From NCBI GenBank assembly GCA_000320545.1, contig ADNK01002892.1, positions 1 to 48,929 on the forward strand: a stretch of DNA of 48,929 bases, given 5' to 3'. Position 1 is the stretch's first letter. Every line of letters begins with the position of its first letter. Shown piece by piece: positions 38,330-48,929 of this stretch. The position numbers and the translations under genes are program-made. A model generated the notes under the pieces. The model did no database searches and was not told the DNA's origin. It saw only the letters and a program-made list of their open reading frames with translations. The stretch is from Bigelowiella natans CCMP2755 (taxonomy: Eukaryota; Protista; Cercozoa).

Positions 38330-39000
38330 AATCACTACTGACGTGTACCTCACTTGCTCAAGATCGCAGTTTCATAGTTATAGAATTGTCACTGCTAGAC
38401 TGGTGTGCAATCCCATGCGTTTTGTTGTACACAGTTTGAATGATGCAAAGTCGGCCCATGAGATGTAGCATGGCTAGATTGTACCATCCTATTGCGATGT
38501 CTAGATGTGTGCAGACCAAATCGACAAAGATGATGATGCACATCTAGACATGCTAGCATGTAGACAGACATGCCAACATGCGCCTCGCAAGTTCGCAGAA
38601 ACTGCGCAGACACATTAGCATACTGCAGCTCTAGAGCTAGATGGCTAGATGGGTTGGTGGGTCCACCTAGCTGCTAGCTCTGAGCTAGCTGCAATGCAAC
38701 TAGAACAAACAAATTCCTTTTGCACACAGCTCACACATGCTTTCTCCAGCCAAGTGATAGCTGCATGCGTTGTGCTGCTAAAACAAACTAGCAAGCTAGC
38801 AAGCTAGCAGGCCATTCTTCCATTCGATTACGAACATGCTAGCATGCTAGCATGTCCACTAGTCATTCTAGCATTGCTAGCTAGCTAGATTGACTCAAGG
38901 TTTTGTGCTCATGTTGCATCTACTAGTGTGCAACTGCAGTCTTGTAGCATTTAGACTCACGGAACCATTGAAACAATTTAACAGCAACTTTAGCACTGTC
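38330..39000. other. TpA-depleted intergenic island 4
   Basis: Between convergent 3' ends. Dense GCTAGC/CATG/TGCA, and most surviving TpA is in CTAG. Confidence 0.8.
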
Positions 39001-39292
39001 ATTCTGACCTGCCAATAATAGCGACCACCAGTTTGTTGGTCATGGTCACCTTTTTAAGTGGCCTTGTAAATTGCGATGATGTATCTTCAGCGGTTGTTTA
39101 TTTTCATATAGTATTGCACAAACTAAAAAGATGTAGATACTGGATCTGCACGACGAGCATGCTAGCATGGGCAATGGACGCAATTAGCAAAAACGACAGA
39201 ACGTTAGAATATGCGCGAAGGCAAACGGCTAGATGAGCCACATAGAGTTCATTGGCGGGTAAGAATAATTCTGATCATGGAATCCAAGAATA

Positions 39293-41246
39293 TTAATCGA
39301 CTGCTGCTAAACTGCTACTTGCTGTCCCTAATTTGCTTTCTTCCATATTTAACTTGCTTCCAGGCGGATATAAAATCGCTTTTATGCTATGAATCCTGTA
39401 TCAGGTTATAGCAGAGGTAAATAATATCTCCAGTAATTGTGATATGCCGTTAACTTACCATATATCTCGATCGGACTCTGAATTTGCTCGGAGCCAATAA
39501 TATTTCTAGCACACGGATATATAGATTACTCTTAGGATCTTAGATCTTAGATTTGTACTGCAAATAAATGTGTGAATAACTGTGTACATTATTCGGGTTT
39601 TTCAGTGTAAAGGCTCGCTTCTCGTTGCTTCTTCCAACCAAAGTTCTCCCTTAGGAATTAGAAAGTTGATTTTATTTACTCCCGATTAAATTGAAAGGAT
39701 GTAAAATGTAAAATACTAATTATTTGCCACCGGGTACAATTTCTATAGATCCGAGAATATTCAACGATCTAAGAATGAAATTTAGTAAATAACATTAGAT
39801 AAGAGGAATATCAATTTTCTACTCTCTATATGATTAAGTTAAACGTTACCTTTGATCAGGAGCATACGTTAGGTTCCCGACCTGCATTTTAGAGCGTAGT
39901 CACGAATCATATTTATATCGTTAGGAAAATGTGTATATTTATTTCTGATATTAATCAAAGGCATCTTCTAAAATTAGTTTATGTAGGAGAGCGAGTTACA
40001 GGATTAGTCCCAGTGTCCATCAACAACCAAAAGAACCGAGAACTAAAAGGCTGAAAAGTGAGTTTCTCATATAGCCTCAATAAACTGAATAGCGTATTGA
40101 CATTTTTAAGTTTCTTGTACCGATACGATAGAAATTTAAAGCTGGAAGTGTTAGTTTTGCATTTCTCTAAGAATCCCTCAAGAACCTGACACCAAGGTTT
40201 TTGCATTGCCAGAAAGCATTAGATGAATCTGGGCATTTTGCAATTTTCGAATTTACCGTTTTCATTGCAGTCGAATATTGCTTTTCTTCCGAAACAAAAA
40301 ATGTTCGTACTATCTTTTTCTGTTTCGGCTGTAGTCGTCGCATCTTTGATGCCTGCATGAAATGATTTGACAGAACGTGTTGCCGCAGGATCTTGCTCAA
40401 TATTACTACCCACGAATCTCGTTCCTAGTAAAACATTTTCATCGGAAAAAAATAGTGAGCACTGCCTAATCTAATCATACCGATGTTGAGAATGCACGAA
40501 GGTTATAGGTTCGTCCGGGCGTCAGCAAACTAAACTTCCGTGCATTCCTTACATCCATATTTACGATGCACGAATTTACGACCAGGGGAATCACCTGAAA
40601 ACGGGCGATGATGTTTAATATACCAATCTATTTTATATTTCTGATTAGGTTGATCGCTCGATTTATAAAATTGATCGCTCTAGCTCTTTCTTTAATAAGA
40701 TAACGTTTCTATCATCCACGTACCCCCAGAAAGATATCCGCTCTTGCTTGCTTCGGGAGACTTTTGACACAATTAGAAAACCAAACAGTTACAAATACTG
40801 TTTATGTGTCGAAATATGACATTTAAGCATTACGCACACTTGTGAACAAGAGAGGATAGATTCGAAATTTGGAAATAGAAGAAACACCTATACGCAAGGC
40901 ATGGCACCCCATAATCATCGTAACTCTGCAGAAGCTGGAAGAACCGACTTTTAAATCTGATGCTATATATTTACTGATAAGAACGCAATTTTTGAGAAGC
41001 AGCGGTCAATCAGATAATGGTTAATGATTGCCTTCGCACTCCTTTTTTGTCTAAGAAACCTTCCTTAATTACATTGCTCTCCCGTTCTTTGTGGTCATCT
41101 ATAGGCTAAGGTAATACAAATATTGAAATTATCCTTATAAAAATGAAGACTAATTGAAGTAAACCATCTCAGTTGTTTAGTTGGTTAGACAACTTTACAA
41201 CGGTGGCATATATTTTGGTACAACATAATTATATTATATTACATTT

Positions 41247-41284
<38 letters not shown>

Positions 41285-42726
41285 ATACACAAAAAGTCTT
41301 TGCACAAGTTATGAACCAATCAATTACTTCAGTTACCATCATAGTTCTGGACTCAACAGATCTATCAACTGTTCTAGCTGCAATACTTCGTTTAACTGTA
41401 TGAATATTTGCCTCTTAACGATTAAAAGGAAAGTTGAGTGAAATATGTGAATAAAAATATGAACAGTCATCAATAAAATCTCACCTCCAGATGTCTGCTC
41501 AGCGTCAGCTTCTTTAGTTTTTGCTGACCCTATGATCTCTTTAATCGCCTATGATTTACATATATTACCGAGCTTGAACTTCCAAGACTTTACCATCAAT
41601 CCACTTTAGCAAGTGATTCATGACAATTACCTTGACCCACTTCTTGCAGCCTTCGGCTGTAGCAGCGCGGAATTCATATGCTCGGACTGGAGTGTTGATA
41701 ATGAAAACTTTTTGATTATTAGAAGTTGACGATTTTTTGACCCGAAGTTTTGCATTTTGTAGCTGAGCAAAAGCCTTTACATTGTTGACAATAATCGCCT
41801 CTGCTCTATTCGGAAGTAGTGGTATGATTCCGAGTGGAGGTATATCTCGTTCATCACTTCGTTGGATCGAATAGTAGCATAAGTGTCCATGCGCACCTAA
41901 AACAGAAGTTTGGAATTCACAAATACATTTTTAGCTAGAGTTACTAAAACCAACACTAGAAAATCAGAACAAAATTGGAAAAAACACATTTGTTTTATGT
42001 CACCAGTTCGAGTAAGCTCAATGTATCTCCACTTAAAACGCCTGGTCCACACACCTCGTTTTTCTAAAGGCCCTTTTAAAGTTACTCTTACAACTGTTTT
42101 TAGTGTGTGTGAATCATTCGTATTTCTTTGTTTATCATTTCTTCCTCTTCCAACCACAGCAACATATTCGAGGGGAGCAACGATCATATTACTGTTGAGA
42201 TTATCCTCCTTGTGAACATCTTTGCCTTCATTCCTTTCATTAAGTTTTGTATCATCTGTTTTATCATCCGTGCCTTTCTCTTTACATGTTCTCATTTGAC
42301 TCAAAGTGTCAGCTTCCAATTTCTTATACAATTCCCATGGGTCTTCTTCGGAAGAACGTTGTCCATGATCATGAAGCTCCAACACTGCCGTGTTATGGGA
42401 AAATCGTTGAATCTTCAATTTTTCATCAATGTCCTTCTGATTTTCTTCATTTCCATCCCAACTTCGCCTGTATTAGCACATATAAATCAACGCAAACCAA
42501 ATCAAAGGATGGCCGTAGATGAGGAATTCTACAATGACAACCTCCTCATCATCATCATTACTCTTGTACTCCTACGCGCTGTGTTTATTAGACGCTGTTC
42601 AAGATCAAGTCTCCCATCATCATTTTTCTCGGGAGAATTATGGATCTCTTGACCATATTTGCTGGAACCTCTCCTCTCTCCAATCTTGAATTCACTGACA
42701 TTGCTGGCATTGGTGTCGTCTGCCAT
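39293..42726 (-). CDS. Protein with three PH domains
   Basis: PH1: TLKGPLEKRGVWTRRFKWRYIEL...FIINTPVRAYEFRAATAEGCKKWVK. PH2: IKEGFLDKKGVRR|FKSRFFQL...FSLLTPGRTYNLRAFSTS|ERDSWVVIL. PH3: VLEGFLEK...FSSRFFWL...YWLRANSESDRDI|WIHSI. ATG at 42726, TAA at 39293. Confidence 0.82.
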
Positions 42727-43522
42727 GGCTAAAATGCAGATCAGAACTACTTTGCAGTAGTACAAAGGTAACACAACAGTCTAGGAGTTATCTTTGCTTA
42801 TTGTGAGAACTACAGTGGGCGATGCATGCATCGGAATATGTCTGATCCATTCCCAACCATGGACTCTTGCAGGGCTGAGTCGGATGATGGCAGTCGGTAC
42901 GACGAAAAGACTTAAAATTGAAAATAGCCACATATTCTATGTCGTATACAAAAAATGCACTGATTTTTGTGAATTCTAAAAGCCAAAAAGCCAGCGTTTA
43001 AAAAAACCTGAATTACGATGTTGCGTCAATGAAAAAAAGCGCTCTCGAGCAAGAACCAGAGGCGGAAAAATGGTAGCCAGGTCATGGATTTTCTCACATG
43101 AGCAGCACCACTTTCAACATTTAACTACTGCGACATTTATCTATGTCTCTTCTAAAAATAGCACCATAAACCGGCAGTATTTTTTCGCAGTACAATTCCA
43201 GCTTTGACGAAACTTGCATGTGCAATATAGTTGTCGTTTCCCGAAATTCGCATGCATTTCATTGGGAAAAACTAACTACCATTATTTTGATGTCAACCCC
43301 ATTTTTTTTCTAGCAAAATTCGTCGGGTCTTTCGTATTCCATTGACGAGTGTGTAAGGAGGACGGGGGGGGGAAAGGGACAGGACAGGAATTAGAGGACT
43401 ATGTAAATAAAGGCTCTATCTGTATTATTTCCGATCTATCATATTGTGGCTGTTCCCTATGTTCCATTCTCAATTCAGAAAACTCAAACAACGTTCTAAT
43501 TTCATCATTCAGGAAAAGCAAA

Positions 43523-46108
43523 ATGCTTTTACTGGTTTTTTCTGTCCTTGTAGTGGCCCCAGTCAACTCAGCATGGAATGCGGCGACCATGGTAAGTTTT
43601 GAAATTCATATTTTCGTCGGTTAGAATAACCTTCTAATGTACGTGCGCAATTTAAGCCCCCCCTTTTGAAATCATTGAGTAAAGAGTCCTGTATTCAAAT
43701 CCTTCTTAAATTGTTCATATAGTCACAAAGACAGCATTTTCATCTTCATGCGGAATTGGATGTTACTACTAAAAGTAGCTTTGCAATGCCTCTTCGGATA
43801 AAGGGAAATGCTCCAGATATTAGAATGCGAAGGTCCATAATAATGTGTTACATTTTGTTGAATGCCGACTCATCCTGCATTTTGGATGTCAAAGATATCA
43901 GTCGTTAGAGCGTCGGCACAAGGAGCTACTTTCAGGACAAGCTTCTTTGGTATCTTCCTTGAAAAATATTTTAATACATCCAAGTTCATCTTATGTTATA
44001 TTATAATGCAATCGCTCTGAATAGGTCTTGCTTGACCTTGTCGAAAAACAAGATTACAAGAAAATCATCCTTAAAGATCATGTTTCTGAATTCACGGGAG
44101 AGATTGAAATTGGAACTCCTGGTGAAAAAGAAATAGAACTTTTTAAAAAAATATATTGTTTTTATCACCGCCGGTATCAGTTGGGTTTGAATCAAATATT
44201 ATATCCGAAATTTCTATTATTTATACAAATCTTATGAAACATACATGAATCGATAGGACAATCTGCCCAATGCATTTTTGACACTGGATCTTCGATGGCC
44301 TGGATGATGTATATGAAAGCTGCGAGAACTGAATCTTTATGATTAAAAATCGATAATCAAATTAATTCATCACAATGCTAACAACTTCACAATTTTACTA
44401 AATGAGTCGTTCTGTTAGGTCCACGGAATGCACTACATCAACTTGCAACATACATTCACAGTAAATCGATAAAATGAAAGCATTCTAACGATTTATGTTA
44501 TTTTCTTTTACCTCTTGTTTCTCGTTACATTTTGACGTTCAAAATACTTTGCATCTGAAACTAAACCGCCTAACATTTGTGGCATCATAGATTAAAAATA
44601 ATAAGTATACCAAACAAATCTAACAGGTACAATGCATCAAGCTCAGCCTCGTTCCAAGACCTCAGCCGAATGCTTACCATTCAGTTTGGGACAGGATCTT
44701 TAACTGGTAAGATCTGATCTTCTTTCCTTTTACACACTGATATCTAGGCGAAATTTGCAGCATAAAAACTTTGGAAAATTGATATTATTGAAAAATATCC
44801 AGGTCGACTTGGACATGAAAATATCAACATGGGGGGGGTTATTCTTGAAGATCAACCGTTTGGCCAAATCCTTTCAACTGTTGGGGAGGTATATGCATCG
44901 ATATAGTGGTTATGGTATTAATGTACCGATAAGATGGAAATAATACATTCGTATCCTAATTGGTGAAGGTGTTTTCACTTCCTTTCGATGGCATCTGCGG
45001 GCTATCGTATCGAATGACTGATAGCGTGGAAGCATGTTTTCTTGATGGTACCAAAACATCGAAAGTATATGCGACTACGTTTGTGAAGTATGTTTTTTGC
45101 AGGAATAAAGAAAAGCGAGCGACTAAACGAGAAATCATTTACATTCTACTTTGGGAAAAATGTACTAACACACGAACATTGACTTCGTGTTTCTTCGTCG
45201 TTATTTTTCTCTGCATATTAGGAATCATCTTTGATTCTTGGCGCCCCAGACAAGTCTATTCGAGGAGATGACGTAGAATGGTACCCAAACATAGTGTGAA
45301 TATAATTTCCAATTTTCGCTGAAAATACAAAGCAATATTTTTTATCGACGATGGGATTACTCAGGTATGAGGTCTCCAACAAATACTACTGGGAGGCAAA
45401 GCTGAAAGACGTCAAAATCGGGGGCACTTCTCTCCTCAACAATACTTTTCAAGATTCGTTTTCTGCGGTATAAGAGAAATTAAATCACGACCATAGTTTT
45501 GCATAAGTTAACTATATATCACCTCCAGGTATTCGACACGGGTACCAGTGTAATGACGATGCCCACAGCCCAGGCGACAATGGCAATGACTCTTCTCCGA
45601 GACATGGGACTTTCTTGTCAAATGATTCGTGATGGGAAGGTAAATATTATAAATATGGCAACATGCAAATAGCAATGAAGTTTCCAACAAAAATGCAAAA
45701 TAATTTTGTTCAATATCTTTTTATAGGCCCCAGAAATTTGTTATGAATTTGAGGGAGAAAGCAAAAAAAGCATTTGCGTACATAACTGGTATGAAAATGC
45801 CGAAGGTGTCGACGAATCGTCCCTATCATCCTGTGCACCAGCATTGATGACGCTTGACTTGGCTCGAGAAAATGTGCTTATCCTTGGACAACCGTACGTA
45901 ACAAAACAATAATATGAAAAACAACGTAGCGCTTCAAATCATCCTATGATGAGTCAGTGCAAAGTATTATACCTGTGATCGCATATGATAAGTTCATAAA
46001 GATATGCTTTCACTAATACTTGGGAACTACGTCAGATATTTCTCGGAGCATGTGACTACTTTTGATGTCGAAAATGATCGAATCGGAGTGTATAGGATGC
46101 AGTCATGA
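43523..46108 (+). CDS. Pepsin-like aspartic protease (peptidase A1)
   Basis: Signal-peptide-like MLLLVFSVLVVA; FTGEIEIGTP; two catalytic motifs IFDTGSS (~44275) and VFDTGTS (~45530); flap IQFGTGS; FDGICGL; YYWE; ILGQP; TTFDVENDRIG. TGA at 46106-46108. An upstream exon is possible. Confidence 0.9.
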
Positions 46109-46299
46109 AGACATAGTTGAAGTAGCGCTTTGGGTTAGTGTGGTAATCTAAGCACAGAATTTGATGTACAAAAACATCAAATGCAGCATTTTATGTGTAA
46201 ATGTTGTGTTAAGAGCTGATTCGAATCATCCGTGTTTGTATGTAAATTTTAACTTTATGACGCTGCATAAGTCCGGAGTCAGCATGTTCACCTTCGTCC

Positions 46300-47930
46300 A
46301 TATAGCCATGTCTATTTGGTTTGTGAATCTGACACACTTCTAGCTAGTGATGCATCAAGAAGAAGTAGCAGTTTGTGACATTGTAGTTTGTGAGCGAGCT
46401 AGCAGCTAGCAGTACATGCTCACAGCAACATCTACAAAAGGTTTCAAATTGCCCTGACCCAGCTAGCCAGCAGCCATCTCACTAATTTCATTTCCGCTGC
46501 ATCGCAATGACCGAAACCGCAACATGTGCAAGAATGCCAACCCCTCATTAGCTCTGGAGCTGGGCGCACGTGCATCCGCCCGATCTAGCGACGTCTAGAC
46601 GTGTAGATGAATTCAAAGCAACCAATTTTGGGCAATTTTGCAAATTTTTCAAGCGATTTGGCTAGTCAGTGATGCCAGTAGCTAGGACTGCATCCAGGCA
46701 TGCTGCCAGTTTAGCAGTGCTGGCATGACAAGCTAGCTGGAACCAGCTCCAGAGCTAGCCAGTGCATGCTGGGCTGTCTAGCTAGCTAGCTGTGGCGCAA
46801 GCTCTGGAGCTAGCAAGATGCTGTCTGAACCCAGATCACATGCTTGGACGTGCTAGTTTGCAGTCCAGTCTGGCAGTGGTCTCTAGTGTGGCGCTCGGTT
46901 TGCACGCCACAGCTGCACTGGTGCACGGGCATCGCAAAGCGATGTCCATTGCACGCATGTGTGCGACAGTCTGGCACGCGACACACACAGCGCACCGTCC
47001 TGAAACGTCTCTAGGTCTCACTGCGACACACTGCTAGACTGCGTCGCACTCATGCATGTGCCAGCGTGAAACGGTGCAAGAACGCGCGTGGAAAGCTCCC
47101 GTCTAGCCACGTGCTTGTCAGCGCTCACTAGCTACCTCAGCTTGTCAGGTACATCCTGACGTTGCGTGCTGTCACGTGACGTCACGCGTGACATGCCCAT
47201 TGAGCGTGCAGAGCGTGATGGCATCCATCTAGCTAGGCATGGGGAATCAAATCGACATGTGCCACGAAGTTCCGCAGTTAATGCTTGCCATTTGGCGTCG
47301 TGCAAATCGTTTTCTCGCCACTCGATCATTGCATGCTAGCATGGACACGTTGTTGGCACACGCAGAATCGCACCGATCTGGTCTTATTCTAGCAGTGCGG
47401 CACTTGCGAACACCACAACATGGCGCTCTAGCGCTCTAGCGCTATCTGAGGAATTCTGTGCACGCGATTTCTTTTCAGAATCACTTGCTGCATGCAACGC
47501 AAGTCGCACAATGGACTGGCTGGCTAATGGCTAGCCGACGCGTTGCCTTGCATTGTCTAGCTGTCATGCATTTGCATCCATGCATGCTGGCATGCTTTTC
47601 GCTCTGTGATGTGCAGGTTTGAGCAATGACGACTGATCTGTTCCATGGCATGTCTCGCCATTTGAGACCAACAAACGAAGAAGCATGTGGTACGTCATCA
47701 GAGACACACGCAACAAATGCAACACATGTGTGATGAACATTGCATCACTGTGTGCAATGTTGTGAATTTCAACGCTCAAATCCTGACGCAAACATGCCAG
47801 CATAGCCGGATGCATCATTCTTCAACGGTGCCCGCAGTGCCGCGCTAGTCCAATGCAATCACAATTGAAATGCGCAACAAACGCCATCGCCAGCGCAGCA
47901 TCACATTCGCCCTCCAACTTGTGCGAAGAA
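46300..47930. other. TpA-depleted intergenic island 5
   Basis: Manual count over 46621-47820 finds about 32 TpA, about 25 of them YTAR (mostly CTAG). Confidence 0.88.
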
Positions 47931-47936
47931 GATCCA

Positions 47937-48362
47937 TCACATTCGCCCTCCACCATTGCCGCCATGCAACGGGCTGGAAGCGATGTCGCTTTGCTCTAGT
48001 CGCTTTTGCTCCTGTTCCAACCGTAGTTCTGACACCAGCCAGTCCAAGCCCTGTGTTTGTTGTAGAAGATTGAGTTGTTACCGCAGATGCGAGCACTGGG
48101 TGCGGCGGAAAGAACTCGCTCAATCAAACAAATGTAAAGATGAACCGCCCTGCACCGTCGTTTTAACTGGCCGCCCCCACTGCTTAAGTGGCACGCGTTA
48201 TGTGCGGCGAAGAAGAGTGGGAACGCAGAGGCATCACAGCATAAGAAAACATGTTTGTTACGGCTTCGTCTAATCACTTACTTCATACAGCCCTTCACCG
48301 GTCCTCGCATTACTGACGCAAAGCACAAGTATAAACCGCAAATGCGTGCAACGCACACACAA

Positions 48363-48414
<52 letters not shown>

Positions 48415-48662
48415 GAGAAGAGCCCTTATTTTCTCTCCTAATAACATCGAAAAAGACAAAAGACGGCACACCTTCCTTGCAGGAACCATGATCGATTCGT
48501 TACATGTCCCAGACGAAGCTCATTTACCATCTCTTGTGCCTTCAAAGATTTACGATGCTCACCGTTATTAAGCATGCAGTATCCTTTTCTCTCATTTCTC
48601 TCACATATACGGCTCTATGAATGTTTGTATTTAATAGTGCGCGAGCGAGTATAAATATATAT

Positions 48663-48700
<38 letters not shown>

Positions 48701-48929
48701 CGCTCACGCAAACACACACACACACACACGCGCGCGCACAAGCACAACACATCTTTCTGCTATGGGAAAATACGTTTGCAAGTATATTCGACTTGCAGTT
48801 GCATGCACACGCGTGATCTATTGCGCGCGCGAGGAGTGTCAGAACCGGAATAGAGGCCATACCGAAACTGCATGCTCTTGGTCCTGCTTGTTCGCAAACA
48901 CGAGCAAATGCGCCCCGCGCAGCCTGATG
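47937..48929 (-). CDS. Arf/Arl-family small GTPase, 3' part (5' end outside window)
   Basis: Exons splice to LRGAHLLVFANKQDQEHAVS|AQEMVNELRLGHVTNRSWFLQG S|NARTGEGLYE|GLDWLVSEL..., showing the G4 NKQD and the typical Arf C-terminus. TGA at 47937-47939. Confidence 0.9.

Noticed and set aside
40167-40400. RhoGEF (DH) domain start in the PH protein (KIVRTFFVSEEKQY)
   Set aside because: The segment is a short linker directly followed by the third PH domain, leaving no room for a DH domain.
47845-48123. 92-aa ORF with a repeated WRANVM motif
   Set aside because: It is an alternative frame over the last Arf exon plus a short 18-bp duplication (CATCACATTCGCCCTCCA) around its stop codon.

Overview
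Eukaryotic, intron-rich nuclear DNA with GT-AG introns and abundant (TA)n/(CA)n/(GA)n microsatellites. It looks like a protist; a chlorarachniophyte or other rhizarian is only a guess. Manual splicing gives nine protein genes: an HDAC (+), a giant multidomain protein (-), an F-box-like protein (-), a Cys-rich hypothetical protein (+), a C2H2 zinc-finger factor (+), a TrhO/TSTD2-type rhodanese (+), a triple-PH protein (-), a pepsin-type aspartic protease (+) and the 3' part of an Arf-family GTPase (-). Two things stand out. (1) Five intergenic islands are depleted of TpA, two of them nearly completely. Survivors are mostly in YTAR context (CTAG/TTAG/CTAA/TTAA), and repeat copies differ by TA<->TG/CA. 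This fits a targeted A:T->G:C hypermutation (TAY>TGY), the reverse direction to fungal RIP, which spares exons and introns. (2) One ~11.5-kb gene encodes an estimated 3,000-3,200 aa protein: three ubiquitin-like repeats, an AIG1/septin-like P-loop GTPase, a long helical region, a SecA-like ATPase and a VWA/MIDAS domain. All gene models and counts were done by eye, so boundaries are approximate.
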